From contig JAKSOD010000001.1 in NCBI GenBank assembly GCA_024405755.1, positions 85,039 to 149,038 of the forward strand: 64,000 nucleotides of DNA, read 5' to 3'. Below the pieces are notes generated by a model. That model searched no databases. It saw only the letters and a program-made list of their open reading frames with translations, and was not told the origin of the DNA. This DNA is from Clostridia bacterium. Lineage in GTDB: Bacteria; Bacillota; Clostridia; Oscillospirales; CAG-272. Shown piece after piece: positions 1 through 8,641 of the stretch. A program made the translations under genes and the position numbers. Each line of letters opens with the position of its first letter. Position 1 is the stretch's first letter.

Positions 1-735
1 GATACGGAACGGGCAGGCAACGCTGCCGTCCGTCTTGCCGAACTTCTCGGACTTGAAGTTGTTCCGGAAAGAATTGAAGCATATGATATATCAAATTTTG
101 GATCTGAACACATAACAGCGGGAATGATCGTATCAGAAAACGGGAAGTTTTCAAAAAAAGATTATCGAGTATTCTCCGTTAAAACAACGCATGGAGCTGA
201 TGATTACGGGGCTCTGAGGGAGACTCTTGAAAGAAGATTTTCGTATCTGCTTCCTGACGCTCCGGCGGGAGGAAGCTTCGGAATCGTTCCGGATCTCATT
301 CTCCTTGACGGAGGTGCGCAGCACCTTGCGGTTGCAGAAGATGTTATGGATAAAATGGGCGTTTACGTTCCCTGTGTGGGAATGGTAAAGGATGATTTTC
401 ATAAAACCCGTGCCCTTGTGACCTCGGACGGTGAAGTGAGTATTGCCAAAGAAAGAGAAGTTTACGTTCTGATCTATAAGATCCAGGAAGAAGTCCATCG
501 CTTTACGGTCTCAAAAATGAGCGCGGCAAAGCAGAAGACAGTGCGCACGTCCGTGCTTGAAAAGATAGAAGGAATCGGACCTGCGAAGGCAAAAGCAATT
601 CTTTATCATTTTGGTGGACTCGCTAAAGTAAAGACTGCTTCATCAGAGGAACTAAGTAAGGTTCGAGGGATCAGCCGAACGAACGCAGAGCATATAAGAG
701 AGTATTTTGACCGTTTATCAGAAAGCAAAAAATGA
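1..735 (+). CDS. uvrC: Excinuclease ABC subunit C, C-terminal part (5' end upstream of window)
   Basis: Frame 1 is open from base 1 (..RIEAYDISNFGSEHITAGMIV..). C-terminal helix-hairpin-helix EGIGPAKAKAILYHFGGLAKVKTASSEELSKVRGIS is typical of UvrC. Confidence 0.85.
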   Translation, partial: DTERAGNAAVRLAELLGLEVVPERIEAYDISNFGSEHITAGMIVSENGKFSKKDYRVFSVKTTHGADDYGALRETLERRFSYLLPDAPAGGSFGIVPDLILLDGGAQHLAVAEDVMDKMGVYVPCVGMVKDDFHKTRALVTSDGEVSIAKEREVYVLIYKIQEEVHRFTVSKMSAAKQKTVRTSVLEKIEGIGPAKAKAILYHFGGLAKVKTASSEELSKVRGISRTNAEHIREYFDRLSESKK

Positions 736-754
736 AACAGACGGAGAAATCTTT

Positions 755-1336
755 ATGAGAATAATAACCGGAAGCGCAAGAGGAACGAAATTATATACTC
801 TTGAAGGTGATGCAACCCGACCGACATCAGAAAGAGCCAAGGAAGCTGTTTTTTCGACTTTACAGTTCTGCATAGAGGGCAGACGGGTGCTTGATTTGTT
901 CTCAGGCTCGGGGCAGTTGGCACTTGAAGCACTGTCGCGCGGGGCGGCATACGCTGTTATGGTGGATCATTCAAAGCCTGCGGCTGAAATCATACGAAAA
1001 AACGCAGAGAAAACACATCTTTCCGATAAATGCAGGATCGAAGTCGGAGATGTAAAAGACCGCCTTTACAGAATGAGAGATACGGAGGCATTTGATATTG
1101 TATTCATTGATCCCCCGTACGCATTGGGACTTGTTCCCGCGACGCTGTCGGCACTTCTGAAATACGGAAGAGTAAAATCAACAACATATATCGTTTGCGA
1201 GACGGCGTCCGAAAATGATGTTTTTTGTGGGGATGCAGTTCTTTCAGCGCAGTTTGAAGTCTTTCGCAGGTCAAATTACGGGATAGCGTGCGTTACGGTA
1301 TTACGTCCGTTGATTGACAGTAAAAAGGAGAACTAA
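755..1336 (+). CDS. rsmD: 16S rRNA (guanine966-N2)-methyltransferase RsmD
   Basis: MRIITGSARGTKL N-terminus, SAM-binding VLDLFSGSGQLALEALSRGA and catalytic DPPY. ATG 755 is preferred to the ORF-track start 707 because it matches RsmD N-termini. Confidence 0.85.
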   Translation: MRIITGSARGTKLYTLEGDATRPTSERAKEAVFSTLQFCIEGRRVLDLFSGSGQLALEALSRGAAYAVMVDHSKPAAEIIRKNAEKTHLSDKCRIEVGDVKDRLYRMRDTEAFDIVFIDPPYALGLVPATLSALLKYGRVKSTTYIVCETASENDVFCGDAVLSAQFEVFRRSNYGIACVTVLRPLIDSKKEN

Positions 1337-1338
1337 AA

Positions 1339-1839
1339 ATGAACGACAGAATAAGAACGGCAATCATACCCGGCAGTTTTGATCCGTTTACTTTAGGTCA
1401 TCTTGATGTCGTTAAACGTGCAGCTGGACTTTTTGACCGTGTAGTCGTTGCGATAATGGTGAATCCCGAAAAATCGGCATCCGGAATGTTTACTTTTGCC
1501 GAACGCAAAAGAATAGCCGAAATCAGCGTGTCAGGGATCCCCGGTGTCACCGTAATTACTGCCGGAGGTTATCTTGCTGATCTTGCAGGTGCGCTCGATG
1601 CCTGTGCTATCGTAAAAGGGGTCAGAAATACGGATGATTATGAGTATGAGCAGGAAATGGCTGTTTTCAATCATGAACGGAATCCTCATTGTGAGACCGT
1701 GTATCTGCCTTCTTACGGAAAAATGACAGAGATCAGTTCAACTTTTGCACGTCGGTTGATATTTGAAGGAAAGAATACGGATGGTGTTCTTGCTGATGGT
1801 GCTTCTGAATTTATACGTTCACTCACAGGAGAAAAATAA
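1339..1839 (+). CDS. coaD: Phosphopantetheine adenylyltransferase
   Basis: GSFDPFTLGHLDVVKRA nucleotidyltransferase motif, 166 aa, and the conserved rsmD-coaD pairing. Confidence 0.9.
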   Translation: MNDRIRTAIIPGSFDPFTLGHLDVVKRAAGLFDRVVVAIMVNPEKSASGMFTFAERKRIAEISVSGIPGVTVITAGGYLADLAGALDACAIVKGVRNTDDYEYEQEMAVFNHERNPHCETVYLPSYGKMTEISSTFARRLIFEGKNTDGVLADGASEFIRSLTGEK

Positions 1840-2564
1840 TGCTGCTTGATATTACGGATTATAAAATTAATGCAGGAATACCGCATAAACTGCGTGCTGC
1901 GGTGATTGCTGATATACACGACGAAAAATTCGATAGAGTCTATTCCGAGATCAAGGCAAGAAATGTTGATTTTATACTGATTCCCGGAGATATCATTAAC
2001 GGTCACAGACACTCAGCCGTAAACAGTTTTGAAATGCTTGAAGTTTTTCAGAAAACATTTCCGACATTTATGTCTCTCGGAAATCACGAAACAGTCGGCT
2101 ACAATGAAGTAATCAAGACTGCCCGAAATGCCGGTATCGAACTTCTTGAAGACAGAAGCGTAAGATTCGGAGGACTGAATATCGGAGGACTGACTTCCGG
2201 TTACGTTATGGAAAGTGAACATTTAAAGCAGAATCATTTCAGGAAAACTCCGGAACCGAGACTTGATTGGCTCAGAAGATATGCGGCAGAGGACGGATTC
2301 AAAGTATTGCTTTGTCATCATCCGGAATACTACGTACGATACGTCAGAAATCTGCCGGTCGATCTGACAATATCGGGGCACGCACACGGCGGACAGTGGA
2401 GAGTATTCGGTCAGCCACTGTTTGCTCCCGGGCAGGGACTCTTTCCGAAATATGCTCAGGGATTCCATGAGGGAAGACTTATCGTCAGCCGCGGACTTGC
2501 GAATAATGCTCCCGTGCCGCGTTTCTTTAACCCGCGCGAACTGATATTTATTGATTTTGAATAA
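1839..2564 (+). CDS. Metallophosphoesterase family protein
   Basis: Motifs DIHD, GDIINGH, GNHE and SGHAHGGQ. The start codon overlaps the coaD stop. Confidence 0.75.
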   Translation: MLLDITDYKINAGIPHKLRAAVIADIHDEKFDRVYSEIKARNVDFILIPGDIINGHRHSAVNSFEMLEVFQKTFPTFMSLGNHETVGYNEVIKTARNAGIELLEDRSVRFGGLNIGGLTSGYVMESEHLKQNHFRKTPEPRLDWLRRYAAEDGFKVLLCHHPEYYVRYVRNLPVDLTISGHAHGGQWRVFGQPLFAPGQGLFPKYAQGFHEGRLIVSRGLANNAPVPRFFNPRELIFIDFE

Positions 2565-2566
2565 AA

Positions 2567-2602
2567 AATTCCGCCGCGGAAAAAGACCGCGGCGGAATTT
2601 TT
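2567..2602 (+). terminator. Intrinsic terminator after the rsmD-coaD-phosphoesterase operon
   Basis: 12-bp perfect stem AATTCCGCCGCG / CGCGGCGGAATT with a 9-nt loop, running into a T5 tract. Confidence 0.75.
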
Positions 2603-2711
2603 GGGGGAGCTTGTACTGCAAAAAAGCGGACAAATTTATAAAGACAAGCATAAAAAATATGACGTTGTCATAAGGATTAATGAACAAATGCATAGAGCGG
2701 AGGATCACCTT

Positions 2712-4190
2712 ATGACAGACGCAAGCATATACCGGGATATTGCCGGAAGAACCGGCGGGAATGTTTATATCGGGGTCGTCGGACCTGTAAGAACGGGAAA
2801 ATCAACATTTATAAAACGTTTTATGGAATCCCTTGTTCTTCCGAATATCACGGAAGGGTACGACAGAGATAGAGCGCGGGACGAATTGCCTCAGAGCGCT
2901 GCCGGAAAAACGGTCATGACCACCGAACCGAAATTTATTCCGGACGAAGCAGTGGAAATAAATCCCGGAGGTGTGGGGAAACTGAGGGTCAGAATGATCG
3001 ACTGCGTCGGTTATGTCGTACCGGAAGCACTCGGAGTGCTTGAAAACGGTCAGCCGAGGCTCGTGCGAACACCGTGGAGTGAAGATCCCGTTCCTTTTAT
3101 TGAAGCGGCGGAAACGGGGACACGAAAAGTAATCAAGGAACATTCAACCGTTGGAATGGTAGTCACAACTGACGGAAGCATAGCCGATATTCCGCGTGAA
3201 GCGTATATTGAATCGGAAGAAAGAGTAGTCCGTGAACTGCGCGAACTCGGCAAGCCGTTTGCCGTAATTCTGAATTCGGCAAAGCCTTCAAGCGACGCCG
3301 CCGTTGCCCTCGGACATGAACTTGAATCGAAATACGGTGTACCCGTTGCGCTGGTTAACTGTCTTGACCTTGATTCAGAAGATATTCAGAATATTCTTGC
3401 CATGGTACTCAATGAATTCCCGGTAACTGAAGTCACGGTGTCGCTGCCGGATTGGATAGCCGCACTTCCGGAAGACCACGAGATACGCCGTTCGGTCGGT
3501 GACTCTGTGCGTGAGTGCGCAGCAGGGGCAAAAAAGATCGGAGAGATTGACGACGCTTTTGCCGGACTTGAAAAAAATGAATATATATCTGACGCGAAAA
3601 TAAAGAACGTGGATCTCGGAACCGGAAAAGCGGAAATCGTTTGCGAAATGCGCCGCGGACTTTATTATGATGTCCTCGGTCAGATGACGGGTTTTTCAAT
3701 AAAAAGCGAAGAAGAAATGTTTGCATTGCTTTGCGAGCTTGCGGAAGTCAAGAAAAAATTCGATAAGATTGACCGTGCGCTTTCTGATGCCGAGGATCGC
3801 GGATACGGAATAGTTATGCCGGATGTCAGCGAACTGCATCTTGAAGAGCCGGAAATCGTAAGACATTCAGGAGGATACGGTGTAAAGCTGAGAGCTTCCG
3901 CCCAATCTATCCATATGATACGCGCAAATATCGAAACGGAAATCAGCCCGGTAGTCGGAACGGAACAACAGTCTGAGGACCTTGTAAAATATCTCCTGCA
4001 CGAATTTGAGGAATCTCCCGCACAAATATGGGAATCAAATATATTCGGAAAATCCTTATACGAACTTGTAAACGAAGGACTTCATTCAAAACTCGAACAT
4101 ATGCCTGATGATGCTCGTACGAAACTATCAGAGACTCTTGAACGAATCATAAATGAAGGAAGCGGAGGACTTATATGCATCCTTCTGTGA
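2712..4190 (+). CDS. spoIVA: Stage IV sporulation protein A (spore coat morphogenetic ATPase)
   Basis: Matches my recollection of B. subtilis SpoIVA along its length: YRDIAGRTGGNVYIGVVGPVRTGKSTFIKRFME (Walker A), DELPQSAAGKTVMTTEPKF, and C-terminal ETLERIINEGSGGLICILL. ATG 2712 has GGAGGA 7 nt upstream and gives 492 aa. Confidence 0.9.
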   Translation: MTDASIYRDIAGRTGGNVYIGVVGPVRTGKSTFIKRFMESLVLPNITEGYDRDRARDELPQSAAGKTVMTTEPKFIPDEAVEINPGGVGKLRVRMIDCVGYVVPEALGVLENGQPRLVRTPWSEDPVPFIEAAETGTRKVIKEHSTVGMVVTTDGSIADIPREAYIESEERVVRELRELGKPFAVILNSAKPSSDAAVALGHELESKYGVPVALVNCLDLDSEDIQNILAMVLNEFPVTEVTVSLPDWIAALPEDHEIRRSVGDSVRECAAGAKKIGEIDDAFAGLEKNEYISDAKIKNVDLGTGKAEIVCEMRRGLYYDVLGQMTGFSIKSEEEMFALLCELAEVKKKFDKIDRALSDAEDRGYGIVMPDVSELHLEEPEIVRHSGGYGVKLRASAQSIHMIRANIETEISPVVGTEQQSEDLVKYLLHEFEESPAQIWESNIFGKSLYELVNEGLHSKLEHMPDDARTKLSETLERIINEGSGGLICILL

Positions 4191-4285
4191 TGCATTTTCC
4201 GCCGCCTACCGAAAATCATTAAATAAAAAAAGACATAACACCGAAAAGCGTTATCTGAACTCGGTTTTTTATCAAAAATTCATTT

Positions 4286-4326
4286 ATCCCGCTGTGCAAT
4301 TACGGAAACGCACAGCGGGATCTTTT
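4286..4326. terminator. Hairpin between convergent spoIVA and traX (bidirectional terminator candidate)
   Basis: 12-bp perfect stem ATCCCGCTGTGC / GCACAGCGGGAT followed by CTTTT. Confidence 0.6.
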
Positions 4327-4331
4327 AATGA

Positions 4332-5162
4332 CTATCTTTCAATTATTGCAATTATCAATAAATGCAAAGGGTAGAACGCATAAAATGAATAACTGTAAAT
4401 CTTTCTCAGTATTTTGTTTTCAAGGCTGATGCCGCGTTTGCCATTAAAAGGCAAAATAAACAGCAGAGAGAAAGCGGCATAAATCTGTTCCGACTGCCAT
4501 TCTGATGGTTTGACAGGTGTTATTACGGTGTCTGAAATTAACGGAAAATAATCAGATAAACAAGCAACTGCAGAGAGAAAATAATATTTGAGAATGAATC
4601 TTGCAGCAAACGCGAGCGTGACGGCACAAATAAGGGAAAGAGATCTGATCCGTGCCGAAATATCTGACGTGAGCATTTCACTTTCGGCTGTCTTCCCGGC
4701 CGCGACGGATTCGGGAAAAGTGCAGAAATAAAAATACAGAACGATAAGTGCCACTCCCCATGCGCCGTAGTCAGTTGAAAACCGTTCAGCAATGAACATA
4801 CAGAATCCGGCAGGAAGAAGTGAGAGGAGAGAAAGAGGAAATGAATATCTGATCCTGTCGGCAAGAATTACGGCGAGAAGTCCGAGTGCCAACGTAAACA
4901 TCACGTTGTAACCTTCAACATGCAGTCTACCGTAAAAGCAGTAATCGTATACGTGTTCGCTGAGTATCCCGAATAACAGTATCCGGACAAGGTATTTGAA
5001 CGGATTGGAAGTCTTTTTGTAACCGAAAGCAATAAGATAGGCAAAAATCGGAAAAGATATTCTTCCGATCATACGAAGCGCGGGCAGAGAAGAGTTATGA
5101 TAACCTATATGATCGGCGAGCATTGTAAGGCACGCAGCGATTTTCAGTATCAGTGAACTCAT
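4332..5162 (-). CDS. TraX family membrane protein
   Basis: N-terminus LILKIAACLTMLADHIGY matches the TraX-family signature. The protein is polytopic and hydrophobic throughout. Confidence 0.7.
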   Translation of the reverse strand: MSSLILKIAACLTMLADHIGYHNSSLPALRMIGRISFPIFAYLIAFGYKKTSNPFKYLVRILLFGILSEHVYDYCFYGRLHVEGYNVMFTLALGLLAVILADRIRYSFPLSLLSLLPAGFCMFIAERFSTDYGAWGVALIVLYFYFCTFPESVAAGKTAESEMLTSDISARIRSLSLICAVTLAFAARFILKYYFLSAVACLSDYFPLISDTVITPVKPSEWQSEQIYAAFSLLFILPFNGKRGISLENKILRKIYSYSFYAFYPLHLLIIAIIER

Positions 5163-5737
5163 AGATCTTCCGCAAAAATGAGATTTCCGTCCGCGTCAAG
5201 GTCAAGACGCACAAGGGAGTGAAGATTGAGTCCCGCCTCGCGGAGTTTGCGTCCACCCGGTTGAAATGCTTTTTCAATGCAGATCCCGGCACCTACGACT
5301 TCCGCGCCTGCCTGATTCACTATGTCGATAAGACCGCGGAGTGCTTCACCGTCGGCAAGAAAGTCATCTATGATAAGGACCCTGTCGTCCGGAGAAATGT
5401 ATCTCTGATCCACTTTAACATCAAATACAGTACCTTTTGTAAACGAGCGGACACGTGAGCAGAAGACTTTTTCAGTGAGGTTACGCGACTGCGATTTCTT
5501 GGCGAAAACTACGTTCACACCGAAATACCTTGCGGCAATGCACGCAATTCCGATCCCGGATGCTTCGATTGTAAGTATAACCGTTGGTTTTTTATCACCG
5601 AAAAGACGATAGAATTCTTTTCCCATTTCATCAATAAGAGGTATGTCCATTCGGTGATTGAGGAAGCCGGATACTATGACGACTCCTCCGGGTTTAAGTT
5701 CAGCATCGTTAAGTATTCTTTGTTTTAACAGTTCCAT
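5159..5737 (-). CDS. xpt: Xanthine phosphoribosyltransferase
   Basis: MELLKQRILNDAELKPGGVVIVSGFLNHRMD resembles the Xpt N-terminus, and VLIIDDFLADGEA is the PRPP-binding loop. The start was moved to ATG 5737. The stop overlaps the traX start. Confidence 0.85.
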   Translation of the reverse strand: MELLKQRILNDAELKPGGVVIVSGFLNHRMDIPLIDEMGKEFYRLFGDKKPTVILTIEASGIGIACIAARYFGVNVVFAKKSQSRNLTEKVFCSRVRSFTKGTVFDVKVDQRYISPDDRVLIIDDFLADGEALRGLIDIVNQAGAEVVGAGICIEKAFQPGGRKLREAGLNLHSLVRLDLDADGNLIFAEDL

Positions 5738-5767
5738 TTTTATGACCATTCTTTCTTTTGAAATATA

Positions 5768-5936
5768 TATAGGGAACCTCTAAATATTCATCGCGGACGG
5801 GATCGCGGTGCTTTATTCCGTCATACTTCACAAAAATCCTTCGTGGTGGGGCAACAACACGTGCGGATTTTTGTTTCGTCTGACGAAAAAATCCCTCGCG
5901 CCCCATCTCGCACTGAACTTTTAGAGGTTCCCTATA
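5768..5936. repeat. Structured intergenic element, divergent copy C
   Basis: 17-bp perfect closing stem TATAGGGAACCTCTAAA / TTTAGAGGTTCCCTATA. It shares the core blocks TTCCGTCATACTTCACAAAA and TCGTCTGACGAAAAA, 44 nt apart, with the copies at 10072 and 44914. Confidence 0.7.
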
Positions 5937-5942
5937 AAAATA

Positions 5943-6329
5943 TTATTGCGGTTGATTATACTTTTCGATCTCCTCGTCAGGCGAACATCTTGAACACGGA
6001 CGTGTTTTTCCGTTTTTCTGTGCATCTTCCGATTTGCCGGAGAATATTTCTGATGAAGATGAGATAGACGGGCAATCGGAGAAATAATGCCAAACTTGTC
6101 CGCCGGAAGTCCAGAACACAACAAAATCTCCGTGACTGTCTGTCTGCGGCATAGTAAGGAGTGATTTTTCAAAAAAATGGTTTTCAATCATTGACTGCAT
6201 TTTTTCAGGTGTCAGAGTTTCTCCTCCGTAAAAATCCTTGACTGAATATCCGATTGCTGCGCATCCTGATATTTGGAAAACAAGAATTACTGAAAGAAGC
6301 AGTATCAATAGCGGTTTCAATCGATCCAT
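5943..6329 (-). CDS. Small lipoprotein with a Cys-containing C-terminal motif
   Basis: Start moved to MDRLKPLLILLLSVILVFQISGC (lipobox ISGC), 9 nt after the upstream stop. The C-terminus WHYFSDC...GKTRPCSRC resembles the (Y/W)H-x4-C...PC-x2-C tail seen on many secreted Firmicute proteins. No family name is assigned. Confidence 0.6.
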   Translation of the reverse strand: MDRLKPLLILLLSVILVFQISGCAAIGYSVKDFYGGETLTPEKMQSMIENHFFEKSLLTMPQTDSHGDFVVFWTSGGQVWHYFSDCPSISSSSEIFSGKSEDAQKNGKTRPCSRCSPDEEIEKYNQPQ

Positions 6330-6337
6330 ATGAACTT

Positions 6338-7240
6338 TCAACGGAAGAAGCGTTCCATCATATCGAGTTTTGCACCCGAATATTCGTATGCACCTTTGTA
6401 ATCGGATATTGCACTGCAGCATTTTTCAAGATCGGAGAAAACGAAGTACATTACGGGAGCGGGAAGAGAAACCGTGTCGCTGAGCATTTTTTTAAGAATC
6501 TGATGAGCCGCTGAAAAATCATTCTTTTCCATAAGGAGACGTGCTTTTATGTGTTTCGCTAATAGAATGTTGTTTTCATCCGTAGATTCGGAATAAGCCG
6601 CTGGGGATATCAGACTTTGAGTCTCAGCTTCCGTACCGCGGGAATTCATACTTATGAACACGGAGGAATAGCGGCAGAAAGGGTCTGAGAGTGTGTCGGG
6701 AGGAACGGAATAAGCAGCGTCGTCGGAATCAAATGAAGGGGAAACTTCGCGCATATAAGCAAGATATACAGTTCCTGTTTTTTTGATAAGCCTCAGTTGA
6801 TACGGATCGTCATTTTCAAGGCGATCACGGCATAAATCACTGAAAAGCGAACCGGCAAGCCGCAGATTACCTGAGTTAAATGCGTCTTTGGCAGAGTTGA
6901 AAAAACAGATTTTGCGAATATATTCAGTCTCGTCGTCATTTCCGCCGAGAGAATCGCACAGATCAAGACAGATCTCCCAATCTCCCGCTGCAAATGCGCT
7001 CCGGATATCAGGCATTCCGGTCATTTTTCGATACATGAATTCTTCTTTGTTATCCGCAAGAAGCAGTCCTGCAGGCACTCCGAGTCTTTCGGAAAGATAA
7101 AGCAGGGTAGGCAGAGAGGGAAGTGCACTGCCGTTTTCTATCCGGCTGAGCATATTCCGTGTTATTTCAGATCCCGCAAGTTCCGATTGAGTCATCATCT
7201 TTGCGTTTCTGAGCGTTTTTATCTTTTTTCCGATATCCAT
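6338..7240 (-). CDS. XRE-family HTH transcriptional regulator with a helical-repeat (TPR-like) C-terminal domain
   Basis: N-terminal HTH IKTLRNAKMMTQSELAGSEITRNMLSRIENGSALPSLPTLLYLSERLGV, followed by about 230 aa of helical repeat. Confidence 0.7.
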   Translation of the reverse strand: MDIGKKIKTLRNAKMMTQSELAGSEITRNMLSRIENGSALPSLPTLLYLSERLGVPAGLLLADNKEEFMYRKMTGMPDIRSAFAAGDWEICLDLCDSLGGNDDETEYIRKICFFNSAKDAFNSGNLRLAGSLFSDLCRDRLENDDPYQLRLIKKTGTVYLAYMREVSPSFDSDDAAYSVPPDTLSDPFCRYSSVFISMNSRGTEAETQSLISPAAYSESTDENNILLAKHIKARLLMEKNDFSAAHQILKKMLSDTVSLPAPVMYFVFSDLEKCCSAISDYKGAYEYSGAKLDMMERFFR

Positions 7241-7270
7241 TATTGCCTTTTGACCTTATCCATTATTGTC

Positions 7271-8461
7271 TTATTGTCTTTTGACCTTTTTAAAGAAGTC
7301 ACGCAGACTGTCGCTGCCGATATGTTTGCTGCGAGAGACTCGATCTTTTTTTCTTTGTTGTTTTATGCTTTCGTCTGACGCTTTTTTTTCACCTCCGGGG
7401 TTCGGAGCGAAGACGGTATTATTACTGTCTGTTCCGGTGCTGCGTACGGATTCAGCAGGAATATCCGATTTATTTTCCTGTCTGCCGTATTTTTTCTCAC
7501 ATTCTTCTTCTGGAGGCATATCTTCTGTATCGCAGCCGATTTCCGAAATGCGTTTTTCAATTTCAGATTCAAGTGCGTATCTTATCTGAGATACTTTTAT
7601 TGAGGTGTTTGAATTGTTGACGGTTATCTGTTCACTTAATTGTTCGGTTGCGTTTTCTGCTTTTTCTACTGTCTGCATAATTTCTCCTATACTGCTCTGA
7701 GACGCTTTATCTATCATTTCATAAATATCACGCATAGCTGTATCGGCCTTTGTTCTGACGATTTCACGGGCAAGTTCCGCTTCGAGCGCAGCTTCACGTC
7801 TGATGTCCACAGCATCTCTTCTCGCATTTCGGATGATCTGTTCCGCTTCTGACTTTGCTGCTGCGCTGGTTTCAATACATTCGGAGTCAGAAGAGAATTC
7901 CGGAACAATATTCTTGATTTCCGAGAATCGTTTGTCCGATTCAGTAATCTTTTCCGTAAGTTCGTTTATCTTTGACTCATATTCCTGTTTTTCGGCGGAT
8001 AAGTCAGAAAGTCTGTTTTCGAGGTCTTCTTTTTGGGCGAGTATGTCAGCAAGTCTGTTTTCAATGCTCTTTTTTCCTGACTCTGCTGTTGTCAGTTTTT
8101 CCACAAGTTCACTGACAGATGAACGTGCTGCGTCCAGATCAGATTCAATGGATTGTTTCTCGGTGTTGAACTCTTTTTTCAGCAATTCGAACTTTGTATT
8201 CAGATCGTCATTTTCGGCTTTCAGATTATTGTATTCATTTTTTTGGTTAATGAGTTCATTTTCAAGCGTATCCGATTTTTCACGTGCGTGTGCAGCATCC
8301 AGAAGTGCGTCGGAGAGTTTTTTTTCTGTTTCAGTCAGTTCGGCGGCGTGTTCTTTATCCATTTCGGCTATATAATCGTTAACGTCGTTTTTATTGTATC
8401 CTCTGAATGATCTGCCGAATACAATCGGACGTTTTTCCTCGCCCCGGTTTTCTTTAGACAT
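7271..8461 (-). CDS. DivIVA domain-containing coiled-coil protein
   Basis: N-terminal FGRSFRGYNKNDVNDYIAEM (DivIVA motif) followed by long E/K/L-rich coiled coil. Confidence 0.75.
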   Translation of the reverse strand: MSKENRGEEKRPIVFGRSFRGYNKNDVNDYIAEMDKEHAAELTETEKKLSDALLDAAHAREKSDTLENELINQKNEYNNLKAENDDLNTKFELLKKEFNTEKQSIESDLDAARSSVSELVEKLTTAESGKKSIENRLADILAQKEDLENRLSDLSAEKQEYESKINELTEKITESDKRFSEIKNIVPEFSSDSECIETSAAAKSEAEQIIRNARRDAVDIRREAALEAELAREIVRTKADTAMRDIYEMIDKASQSSIGEIMQTVEKAENATEQLSEQITVNNSNTSIKVSQIRYALESEIEKRISEIGCDTEDMPPEEECEKKYGRQENKSDIPAESVRSTGTDSNNTVFAPNPGGEKKASDESIKQQRKKDRVSRSKHIGSDSLRDFFKKVKRQ

Positions 8462-8580
8462 ATCTTACCTCCGGAATTTCAGCATTCTGCAAGTTAATTA
8501 TATTTACTCTATTTTATCACAATAAAAGACGTCTTTCAATATTTTCTGAAGATTTTTTCCGGTAAAAAAACTATTTTTTG

Positions 8581-8609
8581 TTTACATAATGTGAAAAATG
8601 TTGTATAAT
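8581..8609 (+). promoter_or_regulatory. Sigma-A type promoter candidate for the EEP lipoprotein gene
   Basis: TTTACA, 17 nt, TATAAT. Confidence 0.45.
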
Positions 8610-8641
8610 AAAGTAAAACACAGTGCGAAAGAAGGAAAACA

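Noticed and set aside
2668-2698. A sigma-E-like promoter was considered upstream of spoIVA (TCATAAG ... CATAGAG).
   Set aside because: The spacing is 16 nt rather than the roughly 14 nt I recall for sigma-E promoters, and the -10 is imperfect. It is too weak to call without transcription start data.
5709-5906. Minus-strand ORFs across repeat copies C (5709-5906) and A (10099-10299) share the peptide motifs FRQT and FVKYDG, 14 residues apart.
   Set aside because: The start codons and upstream contexts are not conserved. The copy A start lies inside the neighbouring hairpin. Copy B has no ORF of 60 aa or more. The shared peptides simply mirror the conserved nucleotide blocks.
5738-5942. A purine (guanine/xanthine) riboswitch was expected upstream of xpt.
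   Set aside because: None of the conserved junction sequences of the purine aptamer is visible on the minus strand. The space is taken by repeat copy C instead.
7370-7380. TTCGTCTGACG inside the DivIVA gene matches 11 nt of the repeat core block.
   Set aside because: It is an isolated match within coding sequence. The second block and the flanking stems are absent, so it is treated as chance.
7803-8375. A 190-aa plus-strand ORF, and several others, lie antisense to the DivIVA gene.
   Set aside because: They are Ser/Phe-rich low-complexity mirror translations of an E/K/L coiled-coil gene. They have no Shine-Dalgarno sequence and no recognisable motif.
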